A stretch of DNA of 38,342 nt from Octopus bimaculoides (Eukaryota), in NCBI RefSeq assembly GCF_001194135.2, contig NC_068992.1, positions 32,468,703-32,507,044 of the forward strand, written 5' to 3'. Each line of letters begins with the position of its first letter. Position 1 is the first letter of the stretch. Position numbers and translations under genes: made by a program. The notes under the pieces were generated by a model, which was given only the letters and a program-made list of their open reading frames with translations, did not search any database and was not told where the DNA came from. Positions 1 to 11,348 of the stretch are shown piece by piece.

Positions 1-57
<57 letters not shown>

Positions 58-60
58 CAT
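1..60. repeat. (AT)n microsatellite
   Basis: Pure AT dinucleotide run to about 50, then ACAC/ATAC variants. Confidence 0.97.
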
Positions 61-67
61 ACATAAC

Positions 68-770
68 TATTATTTTAATAATAAAGGGTAATATCAATAA
101 TATTTTTACCCGGTAGCCACTACGGAAATGACAACTTTATAGGAAAGTTTTACAAAATATCTTATAATTATGTACATAATTATTACAAGGGGTCGGCCTT
201 ATGCCTCACCAGGTACCGTAAGAAATAGACACTAAAGTCGTTGTTACTACCCTAAAATCTCCGAGAATGACACACTATTCTAGGCAAGCAAAAGAAAATA
301 ATGAATCAATAAGGCTGATTTACTACGGACGCGTTTCGCACTTAAAATAAAAGATAATTTTACTTACTGTTAATCTTCAGCATAGTATTTCGTATAAGTT
401 TAAGAGTATTTCAAAATATGTACGCGATCAGCAGTATCGTGTGTCCGTTATTTATCTACACTCGTAAAAATATACTGCCGAGTATAATTCATATCTTTCT
501 TCTATGCCCACGAGTGTGTTAAGATCGAGACCGCAGTGAATGCAGTTTCGATAATGGAGTGAATTTGTTCAATTATTTTAATAATAAAAGATAAAATCAA
601 TAATAATTTTACCAGGTAGCCAGTGCGGAAACAAAAACCTCATCAGTAAATTTTACAAAATATTTCACAATTATGTACATAATTATCACAAGGGGTCGGC
701 TTTGTGCCTCACCACGCACCGTAAGAAATAGGCGCTAAAGTCTTTTTTACCTCCTTAAAATATCCGAGAA
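68..770. repeat. Two diverged direct copies of a 200-bp repeat segment (68-267 and 571-770, offset 503 bp)
   Basis: Gapless hand alignment gives 33 mismatches in 200 nt (~83%). Both copies contain the palindromic core AATTATGTACATAATT and AAGGGGTCGG...CCGTAAGAAATAG...TCCGAGAA. Confidence 0.9.
321..387 (-). ncRNA. Minimal type I hammerhead ribozyme motif (GUC site; stem II degenerate)
   Basis: Minus strand reads TACTATG-CTGAAGA-[36 nt]-GAA-ACGCGT-C-CGTAGTA. Stem I is 7 bp, both core blocks are intact, and stem III is the palindrome ACGCGT. Stem II lacks a clean G10.1-C11.1 pair. Confidence 0.7.
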
Positions 771-851
771 ATCTCGGACATTTTAAGGAAGTAAAAAAGA
801 CTTTAGCGTCTATTTCTTACGGTGCGTCGTAAGGCTTAAAACCGACCCCTT
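690..851. repeat. 162-bp fold-back palindrome
   Basis: Arms 690-769 and 772-851 are reverse complements with 8 mismatches in 80 bp, no gaps, and a 2-nt spacer (AA). Confidence 0.95.
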
Positions 852-947
852 CTGGTAGGACAACAATAGAATGAAAGAGACCTCGATATTATGTAAATAG
901 AGGAATGTATCTGTAAATATGATATATGACAATTATTCGGTAGCCAT

Positions 948-1008
948 GATAAAACTCCGAGTTTCGGGTGTCGGGGAGGAAGCCTACGCCGGCTTCTCTT
1001 CAGTTATC
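948..1008 (-). ncRNA. Type I hammerhead ribozyme motif, probably in a PLE terminal repeat
   Basis: Minus strand reads GATAA-CTGAAGA-G..31 nt..C-GAA-ACTC-G-GAGT-T-TTATC. Stem I is 5 bp, stem III is 4 bp and near-palindromic, the site is GUU, and stem II pairs only partly. Confidence 0.65.
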
Positions 1009-1164
1009 GGGTCATCAAAAACAATGCTATAAAAACCACCGTTAAACAAAGGGAAATTATTGTATGATTGACCGTTATTAAGACAAAATAGTCAATAGAA
1101 TGACCACTAAGTAATGGGAGGGAACAAAGATTAGGGAGTAAAAATCTTCATAACAATCACCTAA

Positions 1165-1447
1165 GCGCGCATATCCATACATACACATGGGCGACCGCAC
1201 ACCCACGTACATGTGCCTATATGTATATGCTCATCTACCCTCACTTCAAACAGATACAGGGCACCTACACATTCGGCAAAAATATATTCATACACGCTCG
1301 CACACACACGTATATATATATACATATATACATATATCCATGTATATATATATACATATATATATATATGTGTGTGTGTGTGTATGTGTGTGTGTGTGTG
1401 TTCGTGTGTATGTGTGTGCGTGTGTGTGTGTGTGTGTATATATATAT
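1165..1447. repeat. Compound (AT)/(AC)/(GT) microsatellite region
   Basis: Visible dinucleotide runs. They explain the five overlapping HTHT/YIYI/VCVC pseudo-ORFs. Confidence 0.9.
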
Positions 1448-1945
1448 GTTTGCTAAACTGTGCTGTGACCGCATTGGGAAAATCCATTTTCCTTTTCCAA
1501 GTGTCATTAAGAGTGCAATTATCTTTCTTTCTGAAATCACGTAGGTTGTGTTGTAAAGGATAGTTATTTACTACTTGATTGGTGTATAGAGATGAATTAT
1601 TATGAGCTCTATTATGATTAATAGGGTAATCATGGTTGTTTCTGTTGTCACTACTATGTTTAGGGTTGTTATTGAGGTGGTTATTGTTTTAATTATTATT
1701 ACTGTTATTAATGATATTGCCATAATTGTTACTTCTTTCTAATAAATTTTTTTTTCATTTCTTAGGGAAGAAATTATGCTGGCTATGTTATGTGTTTGAC
1801 TGTAACCTATCTTTATTGTTTTACTATCAATAATTTCCGAGTACCTGCTATTCTTATCAAAGTGTTTATTTGTAATTTTGAATATGGATTTGACTATGCT
1901 AGTTTTAATTTGCATAACATACGAGAGCACAAGGCAATTACTATC
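1440..1945 (-). mobile_element. Penelope-like retroelement relic (RT-EN linker and start of GIY-YIG endonuclease)
   Basis: Translation gives KTSIVKSIFKITNKHFDKNSRYSEIIDSKTIKIGYSQTHNIASIISS, like the PLE linker TNIGK..LIDKHF..KVSYSC.PNI.SIIS. It continues with an Asn-rich stretch, RKKDNCTLN and VTAQFSKHIYI. Stops and frameshifts are present. Confidence 0.7.
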
Positions 1946-3083
1946 TTTTGATACACACACATACACACACACGCATATGTACGTACATATATATACATAA
2001 ACATGTACACCTATACGGTGACAGGCAAGCTCTGCACAATTCTTATCTCTCATATGGCACACATTTCTTTTCCAATATGTTAACAGCTTCCATCGTCCAT
2101 GTTAGTTCACTTTTTCTCAACTGCACCTTTAATACTTATATTCTTATGGCCGTTGGCCGTTCAAGAATATATTAAACTGTTATGCGGAAAAAGAGGCATG
2201 AATTATCATCAAAATTATACTAAATACACTGTATATTTTCTTCCGATGATTACAATCACTTGCAGTGCAGTCACATAATCCGACTGCCATTCTTCCTTTA
2301 GTTTACATACTGCAATATACCCGTAAAGTATCGTGCAAAGTACATCGGCATATTATTAGTTGCTGAGATACACATTTATAGATTTTTAAACAAATCTAAT
2401 TTCAATGAAATGAACATTTGATTATAGTATTTTCCGTATTTTATGTGTTTCACTTTAAGTGAATTTAAATCATTACATTGCATACGTGTTATATTTTATG
2501 TTATATATTCTCATGCTCAAAATATATTTTACTGTGATTGGCCATATTAAAAAAATATGGAATTTACTTTTGTTTTCACGACAGATTTAAAATGTGTCAG
2601 AATATCAGTTCACAGACAAATCAAAATGTATGATTTTTACCTTCGTAAACGTCAATAACATATACTTGGAGGAAATTTCTAAAATGTATAAAATTTCTAC
2701 AAGCAAATAATATATTTGCATAAAAATACTTTTACAAACAAGCCCTGCCATAACAATTGCAGGCTTATAGTAGAAACAATAAAATAAACTTATCGCAATA
2801 TGTGTGATATTTTACTGTTTTATATATAGAAAAACTGAAGGTTAGAAACTCTACAAATGTAAAACATGACTATATGGATGCATACATATGCACAAATACA
2901 TACACATCTATATAGCTTCTTATATAATTGTACATATATATATATTAGCACATTTTAAGTTTAAATAAATCATACATCTGCTTTACTTTGTATATTCAAT
3001 CATAAAATATTTATAAATACCGAATGTTAGAATGTCAAGGTTGTCAGTTTGTTGGAAGAAAGTAGAAATAATACCCACCCCAT

Positions 3084-3322
<239 letters not shown>

Positions 3323-4018
3323 ATAAATACATATTAAAATGACTAAAAATGGATTTCCAATTTTGCTAAATCAATTGCTCTGTCATATCTCAGCAATATA
3401 ACTAAAATGAATGTCTGTTGCATATTGGGAATAATCTTGAACTTTGAGCTAGTAGCAATATTGATAGGAAAATTATGGGCCATTCAATTTTATGTCGGTC
3501 AATAACTAAAGAGAATATACATGGGCTTAAAGAATCTGTATGCAAAAGACTCTTGGCCTTCATCCAGAAATCACATTGCTATTTGGATGGGATAGGAATT
3601 TATGTATAATATTTATAATATAAAATGATTTTCGTTTTTCAAATAGTAAGTCTGAAGCAATAACAAAATGACAGGATAGATGGTTAATTTGGAGATATAA
3701 ATATAAATAAAAAAATGAATAAATCTCTACGGAATTAAATTTGGTCATATCAATAATTTATACTACTAGTATGTCAATATATCCAAATCTATAACTGTAT
3801 ACATTCAAAGAAATGTTATATATACCCCTTCCTAGCATCCTCCTTTTACTACTGCTACTAATACCCCTTCTACTATGAAGCTACTATTACGATAAATTAT
3901 ATTTCAGCATCTCTCCTCTCATTTGAGACACTTGTTATTGATCACATTTATAATATCGCACACTGTTAGGTCTTCTGTAAACCCTTACCAGCAGCCCACG
4001 AGATATCTGTAACAACAA

Positions 4019-4127
4019 GTTTTACAATGCAAGTCTTACAATCCAGGTTTTACAATGCAATTCTTACAATTCAGGTTTTACAATGCAAGTCTTACAATCC
4101 AGGTTTTACAATGCAAATCTTACAATC
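4019..4127. repeat. Minisatellite with 28-bp period built from two 14-bp subunits (~3.9 copies)
   Basis: GTTTTACAATGCAA + GTCTTACAATCCAG units start at 4019, 4047, 4075 and 4103. Confidence 0.95.
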
Positions 4128-6907
4128 AAACCATAACACTGTATACCCAGTGCAAGAAGTTGTAGCAATGAGTATGCTATAGCTTATTCAACAGATTCCT
4201 ATCGACCAATATTTTGATATGGATTAGCATTCAAAACGTCCAAAAATAGGGATCTGTGGTAAATACAATGACAATGTTTATGCAACAATTATTTTATGTT
4301 ACTCTAGTGCATTACTTACTTAGAATGCTGTATGTGTCCCTTGCCTGACGTCAAACTCGGAAAATAATGCATTAGTTGTATTGTAAATAAAGTGAGAAAC
4401 GGCTGCGCAGAGAAACTTTCAGTTCCAAGGCCATAGATAGTTGGTTACTAGTAGTGGATTAACATACCTCTGAGGATATACAAAAATTGATATGTACTAC
4501 AATTTTTTACGTAAACGCAAATTTATATTTTTGGGGAAATGTACTACTTTAAGTTTAAGAAGATTAGCATAAACAGGATACGTTAAACAAGGATTAACAC
4601 AATCTAATAAAGAGCTCATAATTTCTTTTTGAAAACTAAACATATATTTTATTTTATATCATAAGTTCTTAGTTATATATAATTATATGCGTAATTGCTA
4701 AAACTGTAGTGATGGGGAATAAAAACTGAATAACTTAAGTACAGCAGAATGTTTTGTTTCATGTTAATTTTTGTAATGGTGGCGTTGCAGAATGTCACAT
4801 TTTCAGATGTCTGTTTCTATATAAAGAAAAAAAAATCGCAAGGATATATGACATCAAATAGATCGAGTTTAGCTTATATGACGAATTGGGAAATTATATT
4901 CAAGGCATTAAATGTAATTATGAAATATTCTCAAACATTTATCTCCCTGTATGTGTGGGTGTATGCGTGTGTATATGTGTGTTTGTGTGTGATTGTGTGT
5001 GTCTGTATGTGCAAGTGTGTGTGTGCATCTGTGCATTTATGGGTATGCCTGCAACGTAATACGTGATATGGATTAACAATGATTCTATTAGAAAATGACC
5101 TGATTATATCAACTCATACATTGACTCACATTTACATTTAACATCCATGCATCCACGAAATTAAACTAGGTGCAACTATGATCATTTCAACCATGCAGGA
5201 ACAAGTTTTTCAGCTATTAACTGAGAATATTTTCTAAGTTCTTACCTTCTGTTTTCTTCTCACTAACTCCCAGTGTTAACAATGATATAACATCTGCTTC
5301 CATTTGCAGCTGACAAATCATCATGTGGTGAGAGTTGTGTCCTAAATCCAATTCTAGCCAGGTAATACACTGTAAATGCTAGTAGAGATCCAAGACATCC
5401 TGCGTCAACTGAAAATACTATAAACCGTAATGATCGTGCCTCACAAAATTTTACGATTATTTCATATTTAAAATTCTGTGACCGTTCCGTATTACCTTTC
5501 CCATGAACCCTCTAATTTATAACTACATAATTTTGTTGCAAGAGAGGTGTTACTTCAGAAAATTTTAGAGTGCTTCGTTGATCTTGTAAAATAGGTTCAG
5601 TATACCATTGATGTGTTTTCAAAATACATTACAACTTGCGCAGCATTGATGCCATGAAGATGTTTATGAGTACAATCTTCTATACATTACTGAATTATAA
5701 CTTTTACATATTACGTAAATCAGCATTTGTAACGGTATGAACCTATCTGCAAGGATTTTTAATTTTCTCATATATATATATATATATATATATACATGCC
5801 TGTTATCTCTTCTTCGTTGTCTATGGCATATGTTTCTTAAATTAACAACAAGCCTTATGGAGCAAAGAGTTTGTAAATTAAATAAACTACCACATTTATA
5901 TTTTACTTTCCTTCTTCAATATTTAATACGGGAATATGTTATGCACCCAATGGTGGAAGTAAATCAGTTAAAATTCATATTAATTCGATAATGCAATACT
6001 CTAATTATGTTTGTAAGCTCTCAGCATACTACAAAAACGACTGCTTGGATTTTATCCTGCTTCACTCCTACATCAAAAACGAAGAAGGCAAATGTTTGCA
6101 TTGTCATAAGTCTTCCCATGGCTAAAGTCCTTCAAATATTTCATTTCCCTTCAGTTGTTGTGATTCAATTTGTATACTACATAATATATGTACTTCTAGA
6201 ATTAATGATGAATCAATTAATGCACATTTATGAAAATTATAGCATACCTTGTGATAATAATCTTTGGTCTGTCGGCATTATTTTAAACGGAATATTCTAA
6301 GATATCGTTGGTGAACAGAATCGGTTAAGACGTTTCCAGGTGAATGTTTCCTAACTGCAAAACAGCCTGTCATAACCCCTCCCATCTGTTATGTACATCG
6401 AATGTGCAACAGGAATGTGAATACATCATAATAATTTTTTTTAATAACTAAAGGCTTTATACATTTAAGATATATTTCTGTCCTTCCAACCTTCGGCTTA
6501 TTGTGCAAAAACCCATATTCTTTAATTAGTGAAGATCTATGTAAAATGCATATATCGAAATTATGCTAGCCACCTCCATAAAACCGTTAGACATAGTACA
6601 CTATCGATTAAACATCCTAACCGTTAAACATCCTATACTATCGATCTCGAAAGGAAATTGAATATAACTTGACTAACGTGGGGACAAAATATGTTACCAC
6701 CACAATACCTCCCTTCCTACCATTCAATAAATACTGCCGTAAATATTATTTTACTGTCATTAAACACACACCTAAACCACATTCCAATAAGCTCATTTCC
6801 AAAAGTGGTCTATAAAATGCTGCTCATTGAGAAGATAATTTGTGACCCTAAGCACCCCTGTTTTTAATAACATTGACTAAGTTTGGTATCTTCGTGTTAT
6901 CTGTTAT

Positions 6908-7231
6908 GACTTAGGGTCGACAAAGCCTTGTAAGTCGCTTTGGTTGACGGGTACTTTTAAAAGCCCGCAGAAGTGACGGTGTGGTAAGAAGCTTGTTTCG
7001 CAAGCGCATGGTGTGCGTGTGTGTGTTTTTGTGCTTGAGTTTCCACACCATTACTACTTGACAACCTGTGTTCACGTCATTGACACATAGCGGTTCAGCA
7101 AAACTGACTGATAGAATAAGTATCAGGCGTTAAAGAATAAAGTGCTGGGCACAATTCGTTCGACTAAAATACTTGACGACAGTGCTCCATCATTGGCGCA
7201 GTCTAATGACTAAAACAAGTAAAAGAAAAGA
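6908..7231 (+). mobile_element. Diverged, rearranged copy of an abundant Octopus-type tRNA-derived SINE (body and tail)
   Basis: Blocks GACAAAGCCTTGTAAG, TAGCGGTTCAGCAAAA..GATAGAATAAGTA and GTGCTCCATCATTGGCGCAGTCTAATGACTAAAACAAGTAAAAGA resemble the recalled octopus SINE consensus, with an internal GT tract and a purine-rich tail. Confidence 0.7.
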
Positions 7232-7281
7232 TATGCGCGTGGGTGTGCGTGCGTATGTATGTATATATATATATACATACA

Positions 7282-8002
7282 NNNNNNNNNNNNNNNNNNN
7301 NNNNNNNNNNNNNNNNNNNNNNNNNNNNNNNNNNNNNNNNNNNNNNNNNNNNNNNNNNNNNNNNNNNNNNNNNNNNNNNNNNNNNNNNNNNNNNNNNNNN
7401 NNNNNNNNNNNNNNNNNNNNNNNNNNNNNNNNNNNNNNNNNNNNNNNNNNNNNNNNNNNNNNNNNNNNNNNNNNNNNNNNNNNNNNNNNNNNNNNNNNNN
7501 NNNNNNNNNNNNNNNNNNNNNNNNNNNNNNNNNNNNNNNNNNNNNNNNNNNNNNNNNNNNNNNNNNNNNNNNNNNNNNNNNNNNNNNNNNNNNNNNNNNN
7601 NNNNNNNNNNNNNNNNNNNNNNNNNNNNNNNNNNNNNNNNNNNNNNNNNNNNNNNNNNNNNNNNNNNNNNNNNNNNNNNNNNNNNNNNNNNNNNNNNNNN
7701 NNNNNNNNNNNNNNNNNNNNNNNNNNNNNNNNNNNNNNNNNNNNNNNNNNNNNNNNNNNNNNNNNNNNNNNNNNNNNNNNNNNNNNNNNNNNNNNNNNNN
7801 NNNNNNNNNNNNNNNNNNNNNNNNNNNNNNNNNNNNNNNNNNNNNNNNNNNNNNNNNNNNNNNNNNNNNNNNNNNNNNNNNNNNNNNNNNNNNNNNNNNN
7901 NNNNNNNNNNNNNNNNNNNNNNNNNNNNNNNNNNNNNNNNNNNNNNNNNNNNNNNNNNNNNNNNNNNNNNNNNNNNNNNNNNNNNNNNNNNNNNNNNNNN
8001 NN
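7282..8002. other. Assembly gap (721 N) flanked by AT/AC microsatellite
   Basis: N run. Confidence 1.
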
Positions 8003-8340
8003 ATATACATGTATACATATATATACGTATACACACACATGCCCATACATACATACAAGCATACAAATACATATATATATATATATATATAAATAAAAAA
8101 CCCATATGAATTTATATACATATACATATACAACCCATATGTATCTATATACATATACATATATAGATATATATATATATATATATACATATATACACAT
8201 ACATACATACATATATATACATACACATACACACATACATGCACATGTATACCCAATTAAATACACACACATATATATATATATACACACACACATATAT
8301 ACATCTACATATACACATATATTTTTTTATATATAAAAAT
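8003..8340. repeat. Degenerate (AT)/(AC)/(ATAC) microsatellite field
   Basis: Directly visible. Confidence 0.9.
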
Positions 8341-8924
8341 GCATTTACACAAATACGCACCCATACAGATTCACAAATACACTCATGTATGAATATATAA
8401 AGAAACTTATGCATAAATATATCTGTGCACAAAAATGTACATACATCCAATAAAGCATACGTATATATATATATTTATATATTTCTTATAAGTGATAGTA
8501 ATAGGAGTAAAAATAAGGATAAAAATAAAAATAATAATACCTAATACATAAATGTACACAAAAATCTATACAAACACATCTAGTTTATACAAAAACATGA
8601 ATATATGTGCACACAGACACACACACATTCTCCCAGAAATATCCGTGTATATATAAACACTTATACACGTATACTCATACGCACATATATTTTTTGTATG
8701 TATTTGCTGTTACATGAATATATCAAGATTTAATATATGTTGTAATTTAGGTTAATAAATAACGAATGAGTAGATCAATTTTGTGAATCGTGATCAATTT
8801 TAATCTTAATCTTCTAACATGTGAGGGAATTAATAACCTGTTTTACTAGAACCATTTGATGAACTCACATATTAAGGGTTAATATGATAGCTTTCTATAA
8901 AAACAATGATTGTTATTTAAATGC

Positions 8925-9545
8925 TGAAAATACATGTTTTTGCCGATGTTTACATCTGTAAGAATTTTCTATAAATGTATTTACCAGGTAATTCTTTGAA
9001 AATAAAATAAAGTATAGTTCCGTAACACAAAGGGGACAACATTTCCACCCTTTTCATATGGCCTAGAAATAGAAAGAATTAGCCAGTCTAGTTTGAATTT
9101 AATGTTATTATCTTTAAGATCGCAAATTAGTTTGCTTAGGCTCGTAGTATTACGTTTGTTTCTATCTCTAAATGTCGAGAAATGGTTAGAAATTCTGGTG
9201 GATAAAGGTGAAGAGGAAGATCCAGCATAAAAGTGGATATTTGTAGGAGTACTAACTTGGCTTTGGTAGACACTATTTTTAAGTTTCGCATTATCGCTTA
9301 GAAAACTAATTCTTTTGTTATTAACTTCAGAAATAATGATTTTGTTGTTGTGACTATAACTATTATGTATCGTGTTATTATTAGTGTTCCCTATATTATT
9401 ACTAGTGTTATTATTGTTGTTTCGGTAAGTGTTAATAATGTCTGGCTCAATGTTATTACTGTTGGAACTCTGTAGTGGATGTAAAAGCCTCATAGTATGT
9501 GCAGATATTATCTGTGAAATGTTCCTCATGTTCGAGAAACCGAAT
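8925..9545 (-). mobile_element. Penelope-like retroelement 3' fragment with GIY-YIG endonuclease pseudogene
   Basis: ORF 8981-9529 gives NISQIISAH, an Asn-rich stretch, then SVYQSQVSTPTNIHFYAG..STRISNHFSTFR..TSLSKLICDLKDNNIKFKLDWLILS..PY. After a frameshift it reads GGKCCPLCVTELYFILFS. This matches the PLE GIY-YIG domain and its C-terminal Cys motif. Confidence 0.88.
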
Positions 9546-9581
9546 CTAACCCTGTGTGTGTTTATGACTTAGGAGTAATGA

Positions 9582-9617
<36 letters not shown>

Positions 9618-9884
9618 AAATAGTAAATGAGTATATGCATATATAGGTACAGGTATGTGCATACCGACATCCACCTGTATGTATAGGTGCATATCTGGGT
9701 ACAGGACATTGCAAACAAAACAGAGACGAGAAAACACACAAGCCACATAGAGAACATTCTACTTCATCAGCTACCCCCGTTTTAACACCGGCGTTTCGAA
9801 GAGCTGGGCAGGACGCATCGTTAAAACGGCTCTTCCCATGGACCGCAAATTAAATTTGTATACACAAATTAAATCTTGCCATAA

Positions 9885-9964
9885 ATATATATATGTATAT
9901 GTTATATATATATATGTATGCCTACGTGTGTGCCTGCGTGTATGTGTTTGTGTGTATGTGTGTG

Positions 9965-10056
<92 letters not shown>
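9885..10056. repeat. (AT)/(GT)n microsatellite
   Basis: Long GT run at about 9950-10056. Confidence 0.95.
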
Positions 10057-10059
<3 letters not shown>

Positions 10060-10189
10060 CGGTCTATCTTCAACGACCGCGACTAACTTCATAAATTAGA
10101 TTACTAAAGATTGAGCGATCGTATGCTAGCTATTACCGCTAGTAAATGGCGATAGATATCTCCCCTAAGCTCCACTTGACAGTGACTTT

Positions 10190-10400
10190 GAATGTTGACA
10201 TGGATTTAGGTTCACTAATATTGCAATAGTCATCTCTGAGTTGAAAGAGCAGGGTTAATTTGGAGTCTATATTTACCAATTCTGGCAATGTGTTTCTCCA
10301 ACATAGATTTCTCTGCAGCTAGAGAAGGTGCATAGATTGAGAGCCAGCATTCCAGCGGATTTCATAAGATGAGCTATTTTGCCACAATTTCATTCTTGAT
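10190..10400 (-). mobile_element. Possible decayed apurinic-type endonuclease fragment of an L1/Tx1-type LINE
   Basis: Translation includes SIYAPSLAAE (compare VYAPN.AAE) and a frameshifted GD.(N)AIL.PK-like segment. Heavily degraded. Confidence 0.35.
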
Positions 10401-10672
10401 CCTTTATCTTTTACTTTTTCTCAGTCATCAGGTTGGAAAAGTGCTCGTGCAACGTTTTGTATGATTGTAGTCTGAAAGTATGGACATCAGTCCTTCTTTT
10501 CTAAAATCTGATGCTTATTGCATCGCCCTCATTTGCCCAACTCCTAAAGTACGGGGACGTAAACGCACAAAAATTGGTTGTCAAGCATTAGTGAATTACA
10601 AACACAGACATAACACGGTACAGGCATGCATATATACACACACGCACAGACACATATATATATGTTTATATA

Positions 10673-10735
10673 NNNNNNNNNNNNNNNNNNNNNNNNNNNN
10701 NNNNNNNNNNNNNNNNNNNNNNNNNNNNNNNNNNN
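10673..10735. other. Assembly gap (63 N) inside an (AT)n run
   Basis: N run. Confidence 1.
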
Positions 10736-11220
10736 ATATATATATATATATATATATATATATACGGCAATAAGAAAATGGAGGAGATCAAGATGTGGTA
10801 TTCATCAACTTTTAAACATTATATTTATTTATAGTGGGGTACTATTGACCTCTTGGCTGAAACAGCTGTCAGAAACTTTTCTACTTTATATGTTCTACGT
10901 TATATATTTTAATGATTACTGGTATTTTTATATATGTAAAGCATAATATGTTATACATGTATGTATATTGTTATAATTTTTCTGTGAAAAATAAACAAAC
11001 ATAATATAATGTCTAAAAGTTGAAGAATACCACTTCTTGATCCTCTCCATTTTCTTATTGCCGTATAAATTAAGGGTAAAACAACTTTTTAACCTGAATT
11101 TTTTATTACATTCAGTAGTGTAATGGCACTTGTGTTATAATAAATGGGTTCCGCCAGCAGTATGTTGGATAGATATTATCCCTTATTTGGTTGGATCCAC
11201 AACCTCTAACTCACTTGGAA

Positions 11221-11265
<45 letters not shown>

Positions 11266-11348
11266 CAAATGGAACAAAGGCGCAATAGAGTGCAATAAAA
11301 CATTCGGACAGATAAACGATACAAGGCGGACAGATGAAACAACAATTA

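Noticed and set aside
545-570. Shared words ATGGAGTGAATTT and AATTATGTACAT between the 0.1-0.8 kb repeat and the 34.5-34.9 kb element
   Set aside because: Only 12-13 nt matches in AT-rich DNA with no extended alignment; insufficient to claim homology.
605-655. CTGATGA on the minus strand in the second 200-bp repeat copy
   Set aside because: No GAAA follows a stem II, and the word is not conserved in the first copy.
1161-1563. Overlapping ORFs rich in HT/YI/VC repeats (similar ones at 2983, 9771, 17936, 32149, 34587)
   Set aside because: These are translations of dinucleotide or trinucleotide microsatellites.
2200-2360. Possible exons here and at 5600-5680, 18310-18420 and 19920-20050
   Set aside because: Short open frames with weak or inconsistent splice sites and unrecognised peptides.
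7173-8336. Long ORFs of 277-368 aa (also 22523-23245 and 30477-31538)
   Set aside because: They are made of X from N gaps plus microsatellite translations.
9763-9840. Permuted (type II) hammerhead from GAAAC and CTGATGAA on the minus strand
   Set aside because: No valid NUH site with a closing stem I, and no stem II partner.
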